This document shows, piece after piece, positions 54,901 through 64,000 of a stretch of DNA of 64,000 nucleotides. Origin of the DNA: Chrysomallon squamiferum (Eukaryota; Animalia; Mollusca); NCBI GenBank assembly GCA_012295275.1, contig CM022673.1:16058001-16122000 (forward strand). Reading direction: 5' to 3'. Each line of letters begins with the position of its first letter. The stretch's first letter is position 1. The translations under genes and the position numbers were made by a program. The notes below the pieces were generated by a model, which was not told the DNA's origin, searched no databases, and saw only the letters and a program-made list of their open reading frames with translations.

Positions 54901-57900
54901 ACTCAGGAATCCAGTTTTCCTGCAGATACTAAACTGAAGTTACAGCCATACTTGCGAACAGAAAGAGATATCAATGACATTTGTGAGGTTATCACAGACC
55001 CAACTATTAAAGGATTTCTTAAATCATATTTCAGGAAGAAATCCCAAGCTGCACAAGAAGTCATTAATGCTGAAGAAAAAATCTCAACAGAAAAAAGTCC
55101 ACAAGTATCAGAAAGAAAAAATGAACAGAATGATTTAGCTATAAATTTAAATTCATCAGAAGCCTGGGGTGAGAAAGAAGAAGAAAAGAGGACTTATGAA
55201 GCTGAAGTTGAGATATTTGGTCGAGAAGAAAGCAAAAATAAACAAGTTTCTAACAGTTATGCACAAATTGTTCCTGGGTTAGATCTTGCAGGAATCAGTG
55301 ATGAAGAAGATGGCAAGAAAAAGAAACCATTTAAACCTTTAAGCTTTTCTATTGACAGTGATGACTGGTCTTCAGTATTAGACCAACAACAAAACCAAAA
55401 AATCCCTTCCCAGAATGCAGATCTACAACCTCAAAACCTGACACCAAGTGGAGATGCACCACAGCAACCAAGAAATTCATTCTTGTCATATCTGTTAGAA
55501 ACTAGGGACAGAACAGGAAAACGCATCCCAGCAAGACCAAGAAGTGCTGACATGTTGGACCGTAAGAGGCAACTGACTCAAGCTAGACTTCAAGTCTCCC
55601 TGAATTATTCTTCAGACAAGCTAAGAATGTCTCAGTCAGGTGTGAAAGTGGCTGTTAAAAGAGATGGACTGAAATCTTCAGAGAGTGTGGACAATCTGCA
55701 TAACGATGCAAGTTGTAGAAAGTCACAACCTCTGAGAAAGACTAGACCTGCCAGTGCTGATATATACAGGAGGCAAGATAAAATATATTTTAGTGATATT
55801 TTGTTGTTGCAAAACTTGAAATAGATTTCATTTATTATTTATATTTTATTTTATTTATTTTGATTTGTTGTTTATTATTGTTGAATCATAATCATAATCA
55901 TAAATTGTGGATATATACATTGAATATTATTGGCAGTGGGAATGTTATTCTTAATTAAAAAATTCTGCATTTCTGTAAGTAAAAATCATGATTCATAATG
56001 CTACATACATATGGTAATAAACTATTTAATTTATTTTACAGAAAATCTCAGTTACTTAGTCAGCATATTGTACAGCCTTCACCTTTGCCAACTGAAAGAC
56101 AAATCTCTGTGAGTGCAGGACAAGAAGCAGTGAGTCCAAGGGTGCCCAGCAATGTTCCCAACATGGTGACACACAGACTACCACCAGAAGAAGCTCCACC
56201 AGTTCCACCAATTGTTTTACATGGTCAGTATGCTCAGCCAATCAGGTAACAGTAAATGTGACCAGTGAAAGTACTAATAATGTAGCCAATTAGATTGCTT
56301 TAAATGTGACCAGACAGATTTCTGTGGTAAATAAATGTAACCAATCAGATAGCTATGTGTCTGTAGCAGGCTATAAGTGAATAATAGTCAGATGTGAATT
56401 ATCTGCGACGGACACGCCCGCTGACTTGTCAATAATAGTCTGATTTGAATTAATTTTTTTCCTATCCTATCCTATGTGAATTATCTGCGACAGGCACACC
56501 CACTGATAGGTCAGAAAGCATGCCTGTCATAGACCTGCTTCACAACAACTTGCACTGATTAGCAAGTTAATGTTTTTCACATTCACACATATCAGTTAAC
56601 TACTTCTAAAATGTATGAAATGGGTATTGGGATTAAACATCAGTACTTGCTTAAGTTTTATGACTTAACCATTATGACAAAACTAATCAAAATTTTGTAA
56701 AAAATTTTATATTCACTTCTATTTGTATACAGTTGAAAAATAAATGATGATTCCTTTTTAAATTACATAGTAAAGAAGCAAACAGAGCATTTTCAAAAAT
56801 ATTTTACTGACATATACTTACAGTCTGAATATGTTTTGTTTTTTTGTTTTTGTTTTATTTTATTATATTTATTTTTTCATGATTTGTTAATTTTAGGTCC
56901 TACATCATCTGTTGTTGCCTATAGCAAATACAGAGAACTGGTAAGTGTTACTTTACACAGACTGGCACCCAGATATCTTCTTAAAACTGTCCTTCAGTCT
57001 AATCTTTACTTAAATTCTATATTCAGTGTTACATTATGTACTAAACATCAGTGTTTATCTCAAACATAATTAATATTTACTGTAATTATACCATCCAGTT
57101 ATAGATTAAACATACATTCCCTATGCATTAAAATCATTCCTCAGAATGACAGGAACCACTAAAAGAATTTGAATTAAACCGTGAACACTATACAGTTCAT
57201 TAAGATACATAAAATACAGGTGTTAATAACCATCAGTTCTTGTATTTAGAATATTGTATGTAATTATAACATGTTATATTACCTAGATCAAGAAATGGCT
57301 TTGTTTTAGAAAAAAGAATTTTAAAAGGTACTTTAAAGTATGTATATATTTTTGTGGGTTAATGGCATAAAAACCTAGAAACTGACATGTTTGAGAAGAT
57401 ATTTAATGATAGTTGATAGTTTTTGGTAATTTAATATGAATAAAATACAAAATGGTTCTTTAATTAAAATACTACCATATATTTAATATAATTTATATAA
57501 CTGAAAAAGATATTAAAATACAAAATGCTTCTCTGTTTTACAATAACACCATATACTGAATATAATGTAATATAATTGAAAAATTAATCAAATATGCAAT
57601 ACCTTTTTAATTAAAATAGAACCATGTATTTGTTATAATTGATTTGAGTTGTAAAAGGTAGTAAAGCATGTAGATGTTGTTTCAGACCCCTAGGATCCGA
57701 GACGGTGTGGCCTCAGCCTGGCTGTGTCTCCCAGACGAACTGTGGCTGCACATTTTCTCTTTCTTGTCTCACTCTGATCTCACACAGTGTGCCAAAGTGT
57801 GTAAATTATTCTACAGAATATCTCTAGATGAAAGTCTCTGTAAGTTCAAACCTTTCTACATTGTTCTAGTATGTTTTTTATGTCAGTATGCAAAGGCAGT

Positions 57901-60900
57901 TTTGTTGTATATTGTAAATGGATTTTTTTTGTTGTTGTTGTTTTTTTTCAATTAAAAACAGTTTTGTAATTTTCATTAATTCTTCATTTTGAAAAGAAAA
58001 AAGGTGTAAATATTACTTAAAGAAGCTAGAAAATTGTACATTTTGATAATGATTTTAATTTCAATTGCAGCTCAAATTTAATGATTTAAGCAAAAATATT
58101 GCTGCTGTTATTCTTTATATAAAATCACTCTAATCAGTATTAACATTATATGCTTAACAACATAATGTTAATCATAATGATGTTGTTTTTCTTCTTATTA
58201 TTATTACTACATTAATATAATAATGCATTATGATTATTGTTATTATTTTAGTATAATAGTGTTGTTATGACTATTGTTATGAACAGGGCAGTACATCACA
58301 GTTAAAAAGAAGTTTAACATGAATGATGAGTGGTTGTTGCGAATTGCTGGACGACACCCTGTCTCGCTCGCACTCATTCAGTGTCATGGAGAAAATGTCA
58401 CTGCCAAGGGGCTCAGGGAACTTTTCAGGGAATCAGCAAACAATTTAAAGGTTTTTATCTCACTATTAGCATGACAGTGTTTAAAAGTAGTATTTGTCTA
58501 GTGAGAAATGTTTGTACAAACATGTTCTTGCAGAGTGTATGTAATGATAACTTCTCTCATGTATTTTTGCTACAGCTTTAGTAGAGTTATTTCATTTTTA
58601 AAACAGCTATTTAAAAATGTTCTTATTAACTCAATTAGATAATCCAGATCAAAGTAAGAACTTGGTTCACATTGACTCAGGTTCCATAGAAAATTATTAC
58701 ATTTAATGAAGCTATGTCAGTAATGGAATTAGAGCCAATGTATAACAAATAGTAACTTAATTTGTAATGACTTACAGGTGTGGCTCATAGCTTCATTTGA
58801 ATGGGTATTAGGTAGTAAGGTGCTCCTGCAATATGTATTTCTTTACTTCATATACAGCACTGAATTTTCTCACTAGAGATCCTTGTTCAAAACTTTCCAC
58901 TGGAGCAGTTATCTAATTTACAAATATGTTTTGAATATTTTAGTTCTATCAAATTTATAAAACTAATTTTAATTATTTACATTTGTGTGCTCATTTGGAG
59001 AATGATTATTTTAATAATTCTTTTAACCAGTTGAATTATATTTTTGAATGATTTAAATTTTAATAAATAAATATATTTTTTAAATCCTTTGTAGGAGTTG
59101 AATTTTAGTCGATGTAGTAGAGGTGGTCTGACTGGTGACAGCATTCTGCTGCATGCATCAGCACGATGTCGCAACCTGACACATGTTGATGCCAGTTGGT
59201 GCAACGTCACAGACAACGGCATTTCTGCAATATCTGAATGTGCTCACAGGTGTGTCACCATTTACAACTAAATTTTAATATTCTAATTAATTATAAAAGT
59301 TTGATTTTCATTTATAACAATATAAAAAGTAAGACATTTTAGATTAAATATTTGTGAATATTAGTGTTTTGCCTTGTGAGTGAAATATGTTTACATATGA
59401 AATATTTTGTTCTGGAAGTAGTATGTGTTGCATTATAGATGGTATGCGCTGCTTATCTGATTAATAGTAATGTAATGATACAGTAATAATTTTCTGTTAA
59501 TTAGATTTTTATAAAAGCTTTAATTGTTTTTCAGACTGGAGTGTTTATGTATTAATGGTTGTCAAATGCTGTCAGATGAAGGACTAGAGACACTTCTGAA
59601 AAAACATGGCAAAAGGTGGAATATTTAATTTATTTATTTATCTAATATCATATTAATAATTATGTAAAAACATATACATATAATATTATATTTACCTATT
59701 TATTTATTTTTCATTTCACTTTATTTTTTATTTTTTTCCAAGTAAAATACACTTTTTAAGTCTAAATGCAGAATAAATCTGTAGGATAGTCCAGTTATTA
59801 TTTTTATTTTTATAACAATTATCTGAAGTTAATACTATATCGTTATCATTTCTGTTTTATGAATAACAAATTTATATTTTTATTATTTCACAGTTTACGA
59901 GTCTTAGAAATGTTTGGTTGTTTCAATGTCACCCCTAAAGGGATTCGATCTCTGGCCAGTTACTGCCCCAATCTTCTGACCTTGAACTTAGGTCAATGTT
60001 ACAAGGTCAGTTTAATTTATATATTTAGAACAACTAAACGGTTAACCAAATACTCAAAATAATTTATCTAAGACAAAATTATTAGAAAGATTCTACAAAT
60101 TCAGAAACAAATTAGGAACTGATATTGAAATAAAACATTTTTTATTTCAAACTAAGGGATTTTCAATGTGATAGAAATTCAGATATTAATAATAGTTGAT
60201 TTCAGTTTAATTGTAAGTTATTTAAAACACATAAGAACATTATAATATTAAAATATTTATTTAGTAAAGAATAAATAAATCTATGTATGTATGTATGTAT
60301 GTATGATATAATTATCCTCTGATTATTATTGTTGTTATACCTATTAAAATTATTATTATTATTTTTTTTTTTTTTTTTTTTTTTTTCTGAAGCTGACAGA
60401 TTCCAGTGTCATCCACTTGTCTGCCAGTTTAGGCCGAGTGGAGAATCTAGATCTGAGAGGATGTAAACTGGTTTGTAACTTTATTTGCTTTCTTAATTAA
60501 ATTTTATTTTATAATTATAAAATTTCCTTTATTTGAGAAAACTTTACTGCAGTGTATCAAAAGATCTATCCTTGTCAGTATGTTTGATATCAGTTATGTA
60601 ATCTAAACTTTCAGTTAAAAGAGAATGCTTTGTTCCATCCTCAGCAGTACTTTTTTCCCATTCCAAACAGTTGCCAGTGCACTAATCTGTCTCATATGTG
60701 TTTTTCTTCTGTTAAAAAAAATGTCTGTAAATATTTTTTGATGAAAATCAGTAGGAGTATTCCAGAATAACATGTCAACTGGTTTTTTTCATGGATACTA
60801 TTATTTTAAAAATCAAGTGATTAATATTTTAAAAATCACAAATCTAAAATATGTTAAGTATAATCTTGTTATTATATACAGGACAACATTTTATTTCACA

Positions 60901-62009
60901 GTAAACATGGAATTAACATAAACAACTGGTTAGAGACTGTTACTGTGAATGTTCCTGTTACCCAGAAAATTAAAATATCTAGTTTATTTTTAATTTTATG
61001 TGATTTATGTTTTATTCACCTGATCATGTGTACTTACTTACTTTTGTTTGTTTTCTGATATTTACTTACTGATGTGTAAATTTCAGATCAGAGATGACTG
61101 TATAAGAAGAGTTGTTCGAAATTGTCCTCGTTTAAAGATTCTCGTCCTGGCAAACTGTCCTAACATCTCAGATGCAGCCATGATTGAAATTGCAACATAT
61201 TTAAATGACATCAGGTAAAAAAGAGTTAAAAATATACTGTGTGTGTGAGAAAATATGTATAGTATGTATCATTGTATGTATGCATGCATGTATGTAACTG
61301 TAATGTGTGTGTTTTTGTATATATGATTTTGTTCATGTGTATGCTTTTTGTGTATGGGTGTGTGTGTGAATGTAAGCATGTATTTACGTGTGTAATTACT
61401 CTTTTAATCGTTATTATTTTTCTTGTTATTATAATTATTATATTACCTTTAATTACTATTATATGATAATCATATTATTATAATTATTATGTGGTTGTTA
61501 TTTAAAACAGGAGTATAGATGTTTGTGGATGCAGGAATGTTACAGATCAGAGTATTAAAACTCTTACACACAACTGTCAACGCTTGAACGAACTTGACAT
61601 CAGTTCTACTGGGTGCACACACAGAAGGTATTCAACAAAAAAAAAAAAATTTAATTTATATATTACTTGATATACATAAACTTAAATGTTTATTGATAAA
61701 ACTTAGTAAAATCCTAGAATGAACTGTATATTGAATTACATAGATTTAAAAAAAATAAAAATTATTAATTATAATACTGATTGACAGAAGGTCAGTCAGA
61801 GAGAATGTGACATGGGTAAGATAATTGCAGACATCACAATGTTAAAATTGACTGAAATCCCTGATTATTACAAACAATAGTAGCTGTATTATTAGTATTA
61901 TTACCACTGTTATTATAAGAATCATTAATATTATTATGGTTATTATTATTATTTTAACATAATATCTTTATTATACTATCATCATCATCATCATCATCAT
62001 CATAATCAC

Positions 62010-62046
<37 letters not shown>

Positions 62047-62991
62047 TTATTATATATTATTATTATATTTATTATTATCATTATTCAGTGTACTGCTAAT
62101 TGCTAACTACTGTAATCGCAATCTGGAGACTCTAAAACTGAATTTTCTCGCTGATGTCACTGAAGCTAGTCTGCAAAAATTACTGAAACACTGCAAGAAG
62201 TAAGAGATTTTTTTTCTTTAAAAAGTTCATGTTGTTAAACATCTTTATTTATTAAAGATCAAATTCATTTAATAAAAATATTTTCAACAGACTAAATATT
62301 AACAAAACAGATTAAATATATTTTGTACCCTTCTATGAGATTATTGTACTGTTATGAGAAATCAGCCTTTCATAATAATAAGACTTTAACAACTATAATT
62401 TTAACACACTGGTATGGAGGCTGCCATATTTCCTTTTTTCACTGCTTTTTCAACACATTTTTTTCCTACAAAATAAATTGAAGAAAAAAGAAAAAATCAA
62501 ATGATATATATGACAGTTTTGTTTATAATTTACTTACGTTGGAATGCTTAACTTTTATGGGCAGTGAATAGATCATTTATAAAATCTTATGGTATTTTTA
62601 CATTTCAGTCAGTATAGAAATGAATTAATGGGAAAAAATTAAGGAAAAATAAGGGAAAAGAAAAATCACTTAGAAATATATTAGATTATAGGTATACATT
62701 AATTCATCATAAAATTTAATGAAACATGTTTCAAATAAATTAATATTTACTGACATAATAGTAACATAAACTAACTTCATGTAATATATTTATTACAACA
62801 TTTTGTTTACACTGTAATTAAAGTTTCCTAATATTAATAAAAAAAAGAAAAAAGGTTAGCTTGATTGATTCTTTTATATATTTATTTTTTTATTTTTTAG
62901 GTTGAAAGTTCTGCACCTCTATGGCTGTACAAGTGTTAGGAATACTGTCAGCCTTCAGCGTTTGTGTCCCTTCCTTAGCATGGAAATGTAA
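51970..62991 (+). CDS. F-box/LRR-repeat protein with ~1,130-aa N-terminal extension (C4 zinc ribbon); ~1,527 aa
   Basis: Exons 51970-53597, 54234-55772, 56042-56223, 56897-56940, 57686-57839, 58287-58450, 59095-59249, 59535-59615, 59894-60005, 60393-60470, 61087-61214, 61511-61627, 62089-62199 and 62901-62991 join in frame (4584 nt). F-box: LPDELWLHIFSFLSHSDLTQCAKVCKLFYRISLDESLW. Cys-containing LRRs such as LTLNLGQCYKLTD and LDLRGCKLIRD. The F-box/LRR part is secure; its linkage to the two large 5' exons relies on a GC donor at 55773. Confidence 0.85.
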
Positions 62992-62994
62992 AAT

Positions 62995-63260
62995 GTAACT
63001 AGATACCTGGATAATCCTTTTTATTTCAACACTGAAGTGTAACCAGACATCTGGATAATCTTCTTTAATTTTCAGAGTTGAAGTGTATATCTAGATATCT
63101 GGATTAATTACTTCAGTATTGAAATATAGTCATACACCTGGATTTACGTCACTGTCAAAACTAATTGAGATTTATCTAGATACACCTTAATATTTCACAG
63201 TATTAGAAAAGAAACCAAGATATCTGCAGATATGTGGTTTATTTAACTATCGGAGATATC
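62995..63260. repeat. Degenerate ~45-bp tandem repeat at the start of the F-box gene 3'UTR
   Basis: Recurring AGA(T/C)A(C/T)CTGGAT...GAAGTGT units; AATAAA at 63343-63348. Confidence 0.6.
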
Positions 63261-64000
63261 CTGAAATAACTGTCCATACTCAATTATAACGTGAGTAACC
63301 AACTAGTTGTTATTATAATATTATGGGAATGAGTATAAAAGCAATAAATTTATTTTTATTTCTGTGTTAAAAGTAAAATGTGTTGGGTCTCAGATGATCA
63401 AAACTGAAAAAAAGGATAAATTTTTTCTTGATTCAAGGACTGCCTGAAAACGATATCACCACTAACAGTCTGAAAAATAATTTTGTTTTTATAGTAGTTC
63501 TGAAATTTTAAAGCATTAACTTTACAGTTGCCATTCATTTTCTGTTTTACCAATAATTTAAGTTTATTTTATATATAGTAATAATAATGTCCATCATTAC
63601 CACATAACTTTTTTAATTATTATTGGTGTATTACAAAATGTTTAAAAAAATAATAATAATAAAAAAATATATAATAAATAAATAAACAAAAATTAAAATT
63701 TGCTTGATTAATATTAAAATGAGCATTGTGAAAAGGCTGAAGCTTTGCCATCTGTTCAGTGGTTTATTGTACTAGATTTATTTAAAATTAATATATGTAA
63801 TAATATATTTTTTTCTATCACCATCAGGAAAGAGCTTTATTGTTTTATTAATAAACGTTTATTATCTGTTTTTGTTTATGGGTTTCAGTCATAGATTTAA
63901 AAAAAAAAAAAAAAAAAAAAGGAATAAAAAAAGATGTTATTTTGCTTCAAATGGTTTAGTCTATATTCATATTGGCATTACTTTATTAATTTCAAGTTGG

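Overview
AT-rich, intron-containing animal genomic DNA, probably an invertebrate such as a mollusc (taxon inferred from composition only). Five protein-coding genes were spliced by hand. (1) A minus-strand SRSF7-like paralog with an unusual N-terminal RS tract, an RRM and a CCHC zinc knuckle. (2) A canonical plus-strand SRSF7/9G8 gene, arranged head-to-head with (1), whose post-zinc-knuckle intron holds a strong candidate 531-nt poison (NMD) cassette exon. (3) A TEL/Yan (ETV6/7)-type ETS factor with no visible PNT domain, a duplicated exon pair and a PxDLS motif, inside a ~30 kb microsatellite-rich, CpG-retaining region. (4) SF3A2 on the minus strand. (5) A ~1,530-aa F-box/LRR protein, divergent from SF3A2, with a very long N-terminal extension (VCP-binding-like motif, C4 zinc ribbon) and a probable GC-AG intron. 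Also present are a Tigger/pogo deletion derivative, a pre-miRNA-like hairpin, and many mini- and microsatellites. Most short ORFs in the supplied track are repeat artefacts. The best candidate system is the divergent SR-protein pair, in which each gene has a putative AS-NMD switch at the homologous intron.
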